Origin: Lama guanicoe
Taxonomy: Eukaryota
Assembly: GCA_013239625.1 (NCBI GenBank)
Contig: MU053352.1
Span: forward strand, 629,079-693,078
Length of the DNA: 64,000 bases
Direction of reading: 5' to 3'
A program made the position numbers and the translations under genes. Below are positions 26,040 to 38,255 of the stretch, one piece after another; the first letter of the stretch is position 1; each line of letters starts with the position of its first letter. Below the pieces are notes generated by a model, which was not told the origin of the DNA, made no database searches, and was given only the letters and a program-made list of their open reading frames with translations.

Positions 26040-26630
26040 TCGCGGGAAGCCGCCCAACCCGAATGCGCCCGCCCTCTCCGCGAGCCTTCTACCGCCGCCC
26101 CCTACAGCCTCCGAGTCTTCGGGGAGCGGTGTGCTCACTCCCCAGATTCTCCAAGGAGCCGGGCCCCACAGGGGTCCACTCAGCCCGAAACCCCCGAGAG
26201 GTAGTCGGCTTCCCTAAGGCGCCCTGGGCCCGGGCTTTCCAGATAACGGCGGGACAGGGCGGGGCGGCCCTTCCTTACCCGCCTGCGCGGCCATGGTCCC
26301 GGGGGCGCGGAAATGGGGAGGAGGAGGCGGGAGCCACGACAGCTCCGCTCAGCTCCCGCCGCCGCCTCAGGCGCGGGAGATCTTCAGCCCCGGGGGCGAC
26401 TAGGATGCGCCGCCTACGGCGCCCGGGGAGGACCAAACCGCACCTGGCACCGGGGCCCGCCCGCCGAAGCTCCGCCCCAGCCGCCGCCAGGCCCCGCCCC
26501 CGAGAAGGCCCCACCCCTGGCTCTGGCTCTGCGGCGGCCCTGGAACCCCCATAGCGCGAGCGGCGCCCTCTGTGGGTGCCCGAGCTGGTGAGAGTGACTC
26601 TGCGCAGGCCAGAGATCGCCACATATTGGA
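26040..26630 (-). promoter_or_regulatory. LIMK2 CpG island/promoter with GC boxes (e.g. 26491-26500) and a CCAAT on minus (26625-26629)
   Basis: Dense CpG; GGGGCGGGGC motifs upstream of exon 1. Confidence 0.85.
26279..26294 (-). CDS. LIMK2: LIMK2 exon 1 coding part (16 nt; MAAQA-G), LIMK2a-type start
   Basis: GGGACC ATG GCC GCG CAG GCG G|GTAAGG in a CpG island; phase 1 joins exon 2 in frame. Confidence 0.9.
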
Positions 26631-28824
26631 CCCTCAGCTCATTTTACAAATGGGGACAGCTGAGAACCAGAGCCGACAAGCTCAACTACCTCAAAATGGC
26701 TTAGCTCATTAGGAGCTGAGCTGGGATGGGAACGCAGACTCTTAACCACCTGTTGAAAGCTCTTTCCAGTTGAGTATTTGGAATCAAGAATATGGAGAAA
26801 CCAGGTTTACCACACAGATAGCTTTGTTGGGGTTGAGGGAGAGCTTTTCTTAAGAGCTTCCAGCTCAGAGAAGCCACTTGTCTGTGCGACTGTGAACAAG
26901 CTGACACTCAGGGGCACAGCCTTAGCAGGCCAAGTAAGTATGTAAATGAATCCAGAACACCAGATCTTCCAATTTTTCAAAGACAAGCCAAAGTCCAAGT
27001 ATTCAGGTGAAATTTCCCTCTTTTAAAAATGTTGGTAACATTCAAATTCTAAAAATGCCAAAAGGGCCAAAGGAAATATATCGGTGGACTGGGTTTGCCT
27101 TTGGGGCTCCTCTCTGTAGAGAAGAGAGCATTAGACCAGGTCCTAGGACAGATAGCAGGATGGCTTCTGGCAGCTGATTGCTGGATGAGGTGCCTTGAGA
27201 ACCACTTCCCCTCACTGGGTTTGGGAGGAGATTGGGGTCCTCTGTGTGATGAAGGTCAGCCACATCAGCTGGTCCCTGAGACCCCTCCTATCTGATTCTC
27301 TCATGCTGGGTCTTTGGCAACTGTCATTTCCTTAGATCAGATTTAGGTCATGAGAAAAGTGTACAAATGACCAGGAAGGGACAGGGATGCAGCCCAAGGA
27401 AATGGTTCACAACACTTCCACCAAGGACAGAGTTCAATCCAGCTGCCTCTAGTCCCAACAATGGAGTAAGCAAAGGTGATCACAGTTCTTTCTTCCTGCC
27501 CTGACCGTGTAGTGCAAAGCAGATGCAGGTCAGATTTTTCTCCTCTGGGCATGGCAGGTGGCTCCTGATCTCCTGAGAGTGCAAAGTGCTGAGGGGGCAG
27601 TGGGGGCGATGTGCCTGACTTCCATTAATTCCTGGGAACCCTCTTCAGCAGTTGGCTTTAGTTTCTGAAGAAATCTCTGCTCTGATTATAGTAGCTACAA
27701 GATTGTGTATTACATTACAGTATGAAGATTCAGGGGGCTCTCCTGACAGGCCACCTCATGGCTAGCAGAAAGGGATGGGGCTTTAACTTGCCCTGCACAT
27801 GGAAAGAGGTTACACTGTATTTTCCCAGACACACAGGCACTGGCAGCCTTGAAACCAAGACCCCTGGGAGTCCTTCCTCTCCCCCTGCCCCACAGCAAGG
27901 AACCCAGGTCTCTTCTCCCTCCTCACTCTCATTCTACTTCTTTCCCACCTCCAGCCTTGTGGTCTACCACCAGCAGGGAGTAGGGGAATAAACAACTCCA
28001 AGTTCCTCCCAGAGAAGTTCAGGTAACTCTCGGACATGTAGGTTGAAATGTAAAGGAAGAGAACAGCAGTCTGTAGACATGACATAACCCAGAGACATCT
28101 TTTCAATGTGGACCCAGAGAACATTCAAAAGTCACTTGTGAACCCAAGGGGAGTTCTGGAGGGCAGAAAAGGCCTGAGCAGGGAGAAGGCCTCCTGGGTT
28201 TCTGGCACCTAATCACTTGTCCAGTTTGATTACCTAACCATGGCTTGGTCAGTCTTTGAGGCCAGATCCTGCTGACTGACTCACAATCAACTCTGGGCCT
28301 ACAGAGATGACAACCTGGACGCTGACAACCACACTTAGGTTCAGGCTCTGCTATCCTGAGGGAACTGACCTACTGGTCCACAGCCAGACATTCCCAGCGT
28401 CACTTCCATGTGCTTCAAACCAAGCCAGTCTTGGACCTCTAATCTTTCCCCTCCCTGAATTGTCCCACCTAAAATGGACTGATTAATCTTCCAAAATTAT
28501 GTTTCTGTCACCTCTCTGCTCAGAAACCTCCAGTAGCTCCTGTACAAAACAACAGCTGAACCAGGCCGTCATGAGCTGACTACACCTCACCCTACCACCT
28601 GCTCTCCCTACTCTCTCCACTCCAAGACGCTGCTTTTCCTTAAACACACTCTGCCCCTGTACCACTCTGCCATTCCTACCACCACCAGCTGTCTCCCTCC
28701 CACCCCTGCTTCCCACGTTCTCTGTAATTTTGTTGTACCAGTCTGCCGGAAGTCCTCTTGTTTCTAAGCTCTTAACACATTGTTATCTTCAATTGTATCA
28801 TTTTTGCAAACTGTGTAAATAAAT

Positions 28825-29022
28825 CTGCTCTGTCCAATATGACAGCCACTAGTTGTAAGTGGCTATTTAAATTAAAGTGAGATAGAACAAAAAATTCAGT
28901 TCTTTAGTCCACTAGCCACATTTCCTGTGCTTGGTAGCCGCATGTGGCTAGCAGGTACTGTGTTGGAGAGTGCAGATAGAGAACATCTCCGTAACTGCAG
29001 AAAATTGCATTGGGCAGTGCTG
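28825..29022 (-). mobile_element. MER3-like hAT-Charlie element
   Basis: CTGTCCAATATG..CACTAGCCACATTT..CATGTGGCTAG..GGGCAGTGCTG. Confidence 0.75.
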
Positions 29023-29044
29023 TTCTAGACAATGGTCAGTAAGG

Positions 29045-29600
29045 GCTGCTAATATCACAAAGAGGGACTACCAGACATTAGGTGCCTCCTAATATGATGC
29101 AAGAAACATATACTACCACTTATGACTTAGTCTTACCAAAAAAAAAAAATATCAAGCCTGAATCTGGCTAAGCCTCTAGATTTAACAACCAATTTACAGG
29201 AAATAAGAAGAGTTTCTTAATATCATAGTGATGCAAATAGCAAAAGTGAAGCTGTGGGTAACTCAGTAGAACAAATGAAATGGTTTCCTTAACAAATCAA
29301 CTGCAAAGGAAAGAAAGGAGATGGAAGAGGATCCTATGGATGTAACAGACTTAAGAGACATCCCAGCAATGTATGGATCTGATTTGGATCTCAATTCAAA
29401 CAAACTGTACACATTATGAGACAACTAGGAAAATCTGAACAATGATTGGGTGTATGATGACATTAAGGAATTATTAATTTTTAAAGGTACATAAGAGCAT
29501 TTTGGTTATATTTTTTAAAATCCTTATTGAGATGCATATTGAAATACTTAATAGATGAAATATGACTAGAATTTGCTTCAGAACAGAGCAGGTAGGGGAG
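29045..29600 (+). mobile_element. Old L1M 3' fragment in the RNF185-LIMK2 intergenic gap
   Basis: AAGCCTCTAGATTTAAC, TGATGACATTAAGGAATTATT motifs. Confidence 0.6.
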
Positions 29601-30349
29601 AGGAACAGTGTGTGGGTGTGCGAATCAGGGCTGGACCCGAGTTGATGGTTACAGGATTGGACAACTGGCAGGGGGAGGCTTGTACAGTCCCATTCCTCTT
29701 CTGTGCATGTTTCCTTGTCTTACTGGGCTTGTGAATTCCTGGAGTTGCCTACCTTTGCGTTTCCTACTATACCCTGGCACTCTTTCACTTGGTAACTGTT
29801 AGGTCAAAGTTTAAGAGGGAGAAAAGGGCTCCTCTCAGAGGGATGACCTGTAGCTCTGAGGTGCTGGGGAGCCTGAGGCTGAGTCAGGTTTGTCATCTCA
29901 CCACCTTCTATCTCACACACTGCTACCGAGGGACCTCACGGCGCAGCATGGCCCCTGCTCCAGGTAGAGGGCTTGGCTGGGGGCCTACCTGCCTCGTTGA
30001 GGAACACAGGGAGAGATGCTGACACTGAACAACCTGATTGTCCTCAGGGCTCTGATCAGCCACAGGCTAAGCTCCACAGTGGCAGCCTGCAAGTGTCGGA
30101 ATTCCAAACGCTTCTCAGGACTGGGTCTGCCTGTCAGACAGGTCACACCTAGGGTGGGGTTGTGTATGAAGTGAGGCCTCCAGCCTACGCTTTTCATTTC
30201 TAATTATCCATGGATGTTTGAAGACTTTTGTCCTCAGTGTGACATATCCGAGGACGCACAGGTGCTTCCCAGAGGCCAGACTGGTGTGACTAGTCCCCAA
30301 CCCATCCCTCTACTCCCCTGACACAGACAATAAGTCCACAGCTCACAGT

Positions 30350-32680
30350 AATGTAAAACCATTTGTTTAATTCTAAATCAAATCACTTTCACAACAGTGA
30401 AAATTAGTGACTGGTCAAGGTGTGCCACTGTACACGGTGTCATTTTCTGACCGTGGTTGGGACCTGGTCCTAATCCACAAAGATGGCAGGAGGAGGGTGG
30501 AGGCCAAGAACATAGAAAACACACACAAAAGAGAGCAAAACTGCCTAGGCAGAAGGGCGAGGTGGTGAGCCTGCAGAGGGGTGGTGGGAAGGGGGCTCCC
30601 TGTTGGGGCTGGGCCAGCAGTCCCAAGTTGGCTCTTCTGCCCCATCTCCTGGCAGAGGGTGAGTGGGGGCTTCAAGGTTCAAAATCAAAGGGCAGGTGGC
30701 CAACCTGGCTTTGCTAGCAGGTTCCTGGGATGCCTTTGCTGGTGGAGCTCCTGGGCTCACTCCACTTCGTTTAAGGGTCTAAGTTATTCTCTTCCCACCT
30801 ACAACCCTTCTTTAATAACCTTTCTTCTGGAACCCATTTCTGACTGAAGTCCTCTCTCTCATCACTAGGTGGGGCCATTGCACTGAGAAACTCCAGGGGC
30901 CCCTCAGACTTTAGGGATTTCCAGGTGAGTGGGTGCCAGGAGAATGTTTAGAATCCATCAGGCACACTGTAAAGCTGGTGGATTACTCCTACCAAACAGA
31001 TTCGGTAAATGAATCACCTATTCAATACTTGCATTTTGTCTCTTTAAACACTGAACTCTGGCATTGAAAGGTACGAGGGGGAAGAGGGGTGGTGCTGTGG
31101 AGAGGGGAGAAGGGCTTCCCTCATCTTTCTCAAGGTCTTGTTTCCACACACTATGCAGGGTCATATCTGGAAAAAACACTCGGTGGGGCTTTTGACTACT
31201 TGTTGGCTATTGCTGGGGGTAAACCAGGAGCAGAGTGGACTGGTGAAGTGACAGAGAGGCCCCCAGAGTAAGTCCATCTCCCCTCACCCTCAGGGTCTCC
31301 TGGAATACGCTGGATTTCTAGGAAGAGGCTGGACTGGCAAAGCAAGAACCATCCCACTAAGTGAACTGGCCTTCTGCCGGCCCCACACTCCCTCAATCAG
31401 ATTCAGAGAAAGAAGCCTGTGAAGTCAAAAAACAAATCAGGGCTTGGGAAGAATGATTCCCTGGAAGTCTCTGGGGAACTTCTATAGAAAGAACACATCC
31501 TACCATCGTGCTAAGGCTTCCCAGGCTCTGCACCTGGTTTACGAACCACCAGGGGCTGCTTGCCCTGGAGTCCCATGCTTCCCTCGTTTTAGCACACAGA
31601 CGAGGAGTCTTCAAGCCATACCAAAGTCAGGGTCACATGCTGGTCTTCCCCTTCCTTGCCTCTTCACTAAAGGACAATTTGGCTTCTGAGGAGGGTGGTT
31701 TTCAACATGTAGCTGGGATGACTTAACAAGGCCCCCAGTTTCCTTCAAGGGGTGTGGGAAAGGATGCACCTGGAGCCCCTGCCACCTTGGGGTCAGGGCT
31801 TGCGTGTTCAGTCCTTCCAGCATCCGAGCTCCGAATCCACCTGAGCCTCAACCGCAGGTCTCTGCGAACGCACTGTCGGCCCCGGCTCCAGCAGTCATCC
31901 AGGCTAGATGCCCTCTGGCAGAGAGGCAGATATGCACAATTTTAGGGGGAAAGCTGATGGGAAATCTGTGAGTGAAGCCATGTGTCTCTGGGGATAATCC
32001 ACATCAGGAAAACAGAAGGTCATTCAGGCCACTCTGGAGCCAAAGACACCAGCGTGGCCCAGAGGCAATAAAAGATCTTTGGGTCTCTGGTGAATTCATG
32101 AAGCAACTCCAGCTTCAGCTGCTGCAGTTATGATCTTAACAGGACAGCAATTTCTTGCATCTCTGCTGAGGAGGAAGGGAGGAAATAGGACAGAACGGCA
32201 CTGGGACCTGGAAGGGGAACCTCTCTGTATGAGTCCCACTGATTTCAGAGGCCACTTATCAAGGGGTATTTAAAGAGATGAAAAAAAGTTCCCATAAGTA
32301 CGACTGGGTTCATCCCTTTGTGCGATATTAAACTCAAGTGAAATTGTTCTGACAGTTTCTCTCCTCCTGCCTCTTCTCTGTGCAGAGTCAGGCCCTGCTG
32401 AGCTGGCTGGAACAGGATTTCACGGTGTAACCCATGAGGGATGACTCAATGCTAAGGCCTGAGGTTATAGCAGGGTGTTTACAGCAGTGGCCATCCTCCA
32501 GGGTCCTCAACAACTGGTCTTAAGTACCACAACTCGGATGGAAAAACAAGACTCCTTGATGTGTTACTGACCCCACTGATTCCAGGGGGTCAGGATTAGC
32601 CAGGAAGCCAAACATCAAGATGGGGGTGGCGTGTCACAGGTCCAGAGGCCCTGCTGTGGATGTAGGCCGAGAGCCCAGCA
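30350..32680 (-). other. RNF185: RNF185 3'UTR (~2.3 kb)
   Basis: Repeat-poor sequence from the stop codon to an ATTAAA signal; end approximate. Confidence 0.75.
30366..30371 (-). terminator. RNF185 polyadenylation signal (ATTAAA)
   Basis: TTTAAT on plus; followed on minus by U/GU-rich sequence (CTTATTGTCTGTGT). Confidence 0.7.
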
Positions 32681-32778
32681 TTAGGCAATCAGTAGCCAGA
32701 ACATGATCACCAGGGCCACAAACAGGAAGAGGCGTGACAGGAACTGTTCGTCCACGTACTGGGGCGTTCCGGGGACAG
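32681..32778 (-). CDS. RNF185: RNF185 exon 7 coding part (98 nt): [36 protein letters not shown] (C-terminal TM anchor)
   Basis: Acceptor CTCTCCAG|CTG; TAA at 32683-32681; joined CDS is 579 nt = 192 aa. Confidence 0.97.
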
Positions 32779-33073
32779 CTGGAGAGACAGGAGGGAGGAG
32801 AGAGGGGCTGTGAGAATGCTGCGGCTCTGCACATTCTGCCCACACGAGTCAGAGGTCGAGAGCATCAACCTTCATCTCTTTACAACAGAATCCTGCACAC
32901 TAAAAAGATTTCTAAACCCTAAATAATATTAGACAAAAGCAAATTAGAATAATGAAACATATGGAATCATGTCACAATGAGGACAAAGTCTCCAATTTAT
33001 CCTAAGAGGGTCTGGCCTGCAGGTGCAAATAGAACAGGGAAGTCTTGGAAAAATAAAAGAAAAGCTACTGTTT

Positions 33074-33255
33074 TTTTTTAATTCATTTTCTTTTTCTTAA
33101 ATTTGTATTTATTTTTATTTATTTTTGTTTATTTGTTTGGGGGGGAGGTAATTAAGTTTTTTTTTTTTTCCATTTTAATGGAAGCACTGGGGATTGAATC
33201 CAGGACTTCATGCACGCTGGGCATGCGCTCTACACTGAGCTATATCCTCCCCCCT
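33074..33255 (-). mobile_element. tRNA-Ala-derived camelid SINE
   Basis: Full head and bipartite tail; perfect 14-bp TSD AAAAGCTACTGTTT at 33060-33073 and 33256-33269. Confidence 0.9.
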
Positions 33256-34871
33256 AAAAGCTACTGTTTGTTAAGCATCTCCTGTTTGCTGTTATGTCTA
33301 CACATTATTGCTTGGTGGGTATTATCTCATTTTGTGTAAGAGGAAACTGAAGCACAGGTACAAGGTGACCTGCACAAGATCTCTAGGTGCATGCGTTAGT
33401 GGGGAGCCCCACCGCTGTGCTCTCAGCCTCCCTGTGCACTGCCTCCCATGTCATGGAGTCTCTAGATTCTGGCACTGTTGAGCAGGAGGGGTCTTAGGGA
33501 GCCCCATGTGGATGTCTTCCTTTTCCAGAGGTGAGAACCAGGACCCAGACAGGCAAAGCGACCTGCCTCCCTCACTGCATTGAAGTGGGCTGAGAACATG
33601 GTCTCCACTCCTCTCTGCTTTAAGAGCTACTACGTAGAGCTCCTTGTCCTGTCTGGGGGAAGGAGAGTTAGGAGAATCTATATCCCAGATGGGCAACTTG
33701 TACTAAATGTGACAATGGAAAACTGTGGCAGGGGGATAAAGTGATCCAGAGTCCACTGGCCGTGGAACTGTTCCCCTGGGGAACCCAGGGAGACCCTGGA
33801 CCAGGCTGGATGGAAACAAGCTACCAGGCAGGTACCTGCTGCTTCCATGGGGCCCTGCCCTGCTTCAGAGCGAAGCATACCCTGTCCTATAGGGTCTCTT
33901 TCCTCTGAGAAAATCTCATGTGAACAGAGGAGAAATTCTGAGGCAGATGAGGTAAGGAAGGGCAGTCCCCAGGTCTCTCAGTGCTGTACTTGTCCCAATA
34001 GGGGCTCTGACGGAGTCAGGCAGGCCGGCAGTCAACAAAGACTTATCAATTGTCTGCAATGTGCCAAGCACAGGGTCGGGGCAGGGGACACACAGGATGG
34101 CTCAGCAGAGGCTACTGTCCCTAAAGCATAGGCTCGTGGCCAGGAACCACGCCCTGGCCCCTTCTGTACTCACACCGTGCCGAGCACACACGAGGCCCCA
34201 GTGAGTGCAGGCAGAGCTCAACAGAACTTGGAGCTCTGCAGGCCCCATGGTAAGGACCTGGGCCCACACACAAGACTGCAGTAAAGCTCAGGGTGCCCAC
34301 CTAACTGCCCTGCTCCACCCAAAGGCGACTGGCACTCTCGGGCTGGCTGGAGGGAGAAAGGCAGCAGAAGGCAGCAGACCTCAGCAGAGTTCCCAAAGGG
34401 CTGGCGCTGAGGACCAGCCCCACGTGTGTCCTGCGGGAAGCTGGCCAGAGATGCCAGAGAACAGAGAGGCCCTGATTCCTTGCAGTTGCCTCACCCCGCC
34501 TGGTCCCCAGTGGTCAAAGCAGTGGGCACATGCCCAGGACTGCGCTCTTCCTTGGCTGTGCAGTTTCCACTTTTTCATTTTATGGGCACGGGGTATGTCT
34601 TGGGAAACACCACTCAGCATCTTCTGATCTGTAGAATGAAGCTAATCGCCCACCTCTCCCACAGGCTTATCTTCAGGCTCCCAATTTCATAACGAGAGGC
34701 ATTCTGAACATGCCTAATATTTGGTAAGTGTGCAATATCATTACCATGACTACCAGGAATCTAAAAGGAGTTTAACATATTTTGAAAAGGCTGACTATCC
34801 ACGCAGTTACCTAGATACTGCCGAATTCCAAGGAGACGTCCAGCAAAATTACCAAGAGAACAGGGTCTTAC

Positions 34872-34989
34872 CTGGAGGAGGCCGCCCATCGTTTATGTTA
34901 AATGCTGTGGCAAATATCCCAAAGGGGAATGCTCCAATTCCAAAAGACATCTGGAAACCACCATCTCCAAATCCAAACCCTTGAAATCC
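34872..34989 (-). CDS. RNF185: RNF185 exon 6 (118 nt): [39 protein letters not shown]
   Basis: Acceptor CTACACAG|GGA, donor CAG|GTAAG; first hydrophobic segment. Confidence 0.97.
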
Positions 34990-35884
34990 CTGTGTAGAAG
35001 AAATGTAGCTCAGAAGAACAGCAAGCAGGCTTCTCCTGCACCTGTCAAACATGTCACCTTAACACATGGCACCCGCCTCTCCCCGCTACTCTTTTCCTCC
35101 CATCGAGATCCCAAGGCAGAGGAACCCTGGTGGCCCTTCTGCCCGTCTAGCCTTCGAGGGGTCCCAGCTAAAGAGCTGTGAATGCCAGAAGGGACTGGCT
35201 CTGACCCAAAGTAAATCTCTCTGCTGCTCCAAGTAAGGGTTCTCAGAGCTCCAGGTTCTTTCCCAGAGTCCCACCCTGCCCAGTACAATTTTCTACATGC
35301 TTTATAGCAGCTAAATTGTCAATAACCCTTATGCCCAATTACCAGGGAGCATCAGATCAAGCCACACATTATAACAGCAAAAAAGTAGGAACCCTAATTA
35401 GCCAACAATGGAGGTTATGACCAAAATCTTGATATACCTTCTAAAACAACATTATGCTGACTATGCAGCAACACAGAAAAACTCTTATGACCAAGTTATC
35501 AGACAAAATTGTTTGAACACCATGGTCACAAGTATGTGGCAATATGTACCTATCTGGAAAAGATATGGGTAAGAATTTTCAGTCAACATTTTTCTTTTAA
35601 TATTGTGACAGAGAATTTTAAAAATTCAAAACAATTTTTTTCTGATTACAAAAGTAACATATGCTTGTTATGAGAAACTCACACCTTACAGGAATAAATG
35701 ACACAAAGTCAGAGGTCTCCTTGTTTACCCTCCACTTTACAACACCCTCCCTGCCAATAACCACTGTCAGCAGTCTGGTATCATCCTCAGCTTTTCCTCC
35801 CTATAGCATGGTCTACATTGCATCATCTTACACATGAAAAGATTCTGTAGAAATCATAATATTCTAAATAAGTTAACTCCTGTT

Positions 35885-36110
35885 TTCTAAGTGCCAACTC
35901 TGTGTTAGGCACTGTGTTAAGCACCAGGATACTCAAATAGCACTTAATTCTTATATCAGCATCACCCACATCTGCAGATGACCACACCAAGACTCAGAGA
36001 GGTGAGATAACTTCACCAAGGTCACACAGCTAGTATGACCTAGCTAGGGATAGAATTTATATCTAAAACTAGGTCAGTATAATCCAAAAACCCATGATCT
36101 TAATTACTGT
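35885..36110 (-). mobile_element. MIR SINE
   Basis: CTCAGAGAGGTGAGATAACTT..CAAGGTCACACAGCTAGTA. Confidence 0.7.
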
Positions 36111-37134
36111 GCGTATCTTTAAAAAATTCCTCTCTTCCTCTGCATCCCTGGGTAGATCTTTAGAACAAATGATTAAAAAATTAAAAAAATAAAAAAAAAT
36201 AGAGAGAGGGAGAAGAAAAATTATTGGGCCAATTGCTTTTCACAAAGAGTTGACTGGCCTTCATTTGTGAGTCTTCTGCAAGTCAAGGAAGTGGCCACTC
36301 CCTGTCCCACACTGAGTGCAGTCTGGCATCCAGCTCCAAACTTCTTGCTGGGCAGCACTACCTAGAAGGCCTAACAGCCAATTTAACCCACATTCCATCT
36401 GCACAGTGAAGAAATGCCTCCCACTCAGAGCCAGCATGGTGAGTCTGAGGGCTCCTGGGATCGAGGCTGCCTCACCCAGAAGGTGCAACTGTTTCATCAG
36501 GAACCACCACTTGATTCAGTGCAATCCCGAGGACAAACTCTCCGGCCTCCTTCCAGCAACACCTATACAATCCCACGAGTCCTGACTTTTGGTGGGTTTA
36601 TGTTCCTTGGGCAGAGTAGGCAAAAAGCATCACTGGTGGTTGCAGGTGCTTGTACACCACAGTCTTCAGGGCAGGGCCTCTGATTCCTGGGTTAGGAGCT
36701 AATGCTCCGTTACGAACTGGAGCCTGGGAAGGTAAAGGTGCTGTCGCCCAGTTGTCAAGAGTAGGGACTTCAATATAAGCCAGATCTGGGCTTCAGTCTT
36801 GTCCGTATGGCCCTGGACAAGTCCCTTCACCTATCTGGGCCTCAGTTTCCTCTTTTGTTAAATGGGCTGATGTGGGGTTTAAATGAGGTCATGCATATAA
36901 AGCCCTTAACATATAGTTCTTTGCATGTAATAATCATCCAGCAAGTGTCCACTGCTGTTATTATTAAGAGTAATCTTGAGAAGAGATCCTGATTTCTATC
37001 ACAATCCCTGACTCCATTCAATCTAAAGGATTAAATAATGTGAAGGCTATACATCTGAACACTAAACAGCCATTAAATAAAGTATTAAAATCTCAAGATA
37101 TATCATGAAATCTCTCTCCCTCTCTGAGAATGTA

Positions 37135-37756
37135 TGGGCATATCTCATTTCATTGTGCTCCACAGACACTGTTTTTTTTTTTGTTTGTTTGTTTGTTTTT
37201 TTTACAAATTGAAGGTTGTGGCAACCCTGCACGGAGCAAGTCTGTTGGCGCCATTTTTCCAACAGCATTTGCTCACATTTGTCACATTTTGCTAATTCTT
37301 ATATGCTCCACAGACACTGTTTTTTTTTTGTTTGTTTGTTTGTTTTTTTTACAAATTGAAGGTTGTGGCAACCCTGCACGGAGCAAGTCTGTTGGCGCCA
37401 TTTTTCCAACAGCATTTGCTCACATTTGTCACATTTTGCTAATTCTTATAATATTTCAACCTTTTTCATTGTTATTATGTTTGTTACAGTGATTTGTAAT
37501 CAGTGATCTTTGATGTTACTACTATGACTTGTTGAAGGCTCAGATGATAGTATTTTTTAGCAATATGGTATTTTTAAATTAAGGTTTGTACATTTTTTAG
37601 ACATAATGCCATTTATTGCATATTTAATAGACTATAGTGTAAACATAACTTTTATATGCACTGGGAAACCAAAGTTTGTGTGACTCGCTTTACTGTGGTA
37701 TCTGCTTTACTGCAGTAGTCTGGAACCGGACCTGCAGTGTCTCTGCAGTCTGCCTA
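37135..37756 (+). mobile_element. Internally deleted Tigger1-type (TcMar) element containing a tandem duplication
   Basis: TACAAATTGAAGGTTGTGGCAACCCTGC 5' portion joined to the GAAGGCTCAGATGA..GGAACCGGACCTGC 3' portion; TA flanks. Confidence 0.8.
37156..37450. repeat. Near-perfect tandem duplication, 148 + 147 bp
   Basis: 37156-37303 and 37304-37450 differ only by T11 vs T10. Confidence 0.95.
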
Positions 37757-38200
37757 TAATCCCCACAAGGGCAGGGTCTTCACTGTGTTCACTGATGTAT
37801 GTATCACCAGTGCCTGGAATGAGGCCCAGCACACAGAAGGCACTAAATACAAAATGAATTAAATTTTAAAAGAGGCTTGCAAAACAGGAACCAAATATTG
37901 TAAAAATAAAAATGCATGTTGACATATACATCTAGCTATAAAAAACACACACACATAAACAGATCTACAAAATTTGTGTGAATAGGTAACTATAGAAAAA
38001 CAGAAAAGAAAATAGACCAGAACGTTCCCAGTGGTTATCTCTGGATGGGTGAATATTAGTTATTTTCTCCCCTCTTTCCCTTTCTGTATTTTGCAAATTT
38101 CCTCTACTCCTGTAGTCAAGGAAAAAAAGTGTAGGGTCAAAAGGGAAACTTCTAAAGCCATGAACTCATTTCTAGAAGCTTCTCCTAGAATTTTCCTCAC

Positions 38201-38255
38201 CCCTCTGTTCTCTGGCTCTGGCCTCTGTCCTTGAGGACGGGGTGGGGTCTTCTCT
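38201..38255 (-). CDS. RNF185: RNF185 exon 5 (55 nt): EKTPPRPQGQRPEPENRG
   Basis: Acceptor TTTTCAG|AGA, donor GGG|GTGAG; translation matches the RNF185/RNF5 motif. Confidence 0.96.

Noticed and set aside
26063..26622. Arg/Pro/Ala-rich ORFs over the LIMK2 promoter
   Set aside because: Expected from stop-codon depletion in a CpG island
30390..30405. CAGTGA resembling an iron-responsive element loop
   Set aside because: It is on the antisense strand and lacks the 5-bp upper stem with bulged C
32067..32072. Plus-strand AATAAA in the RNF185 3'UTR as the end of an antisense lncRNA
   Set aside because: A single hexamer with no other transcript evidence
37130..37492. Repeat-protein-like ORF or CRISPR-like repetition
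   Set aside because: Product of the tandem duplication in a Tigger remnant; no spacer structure, and the DNA is eukaryotic
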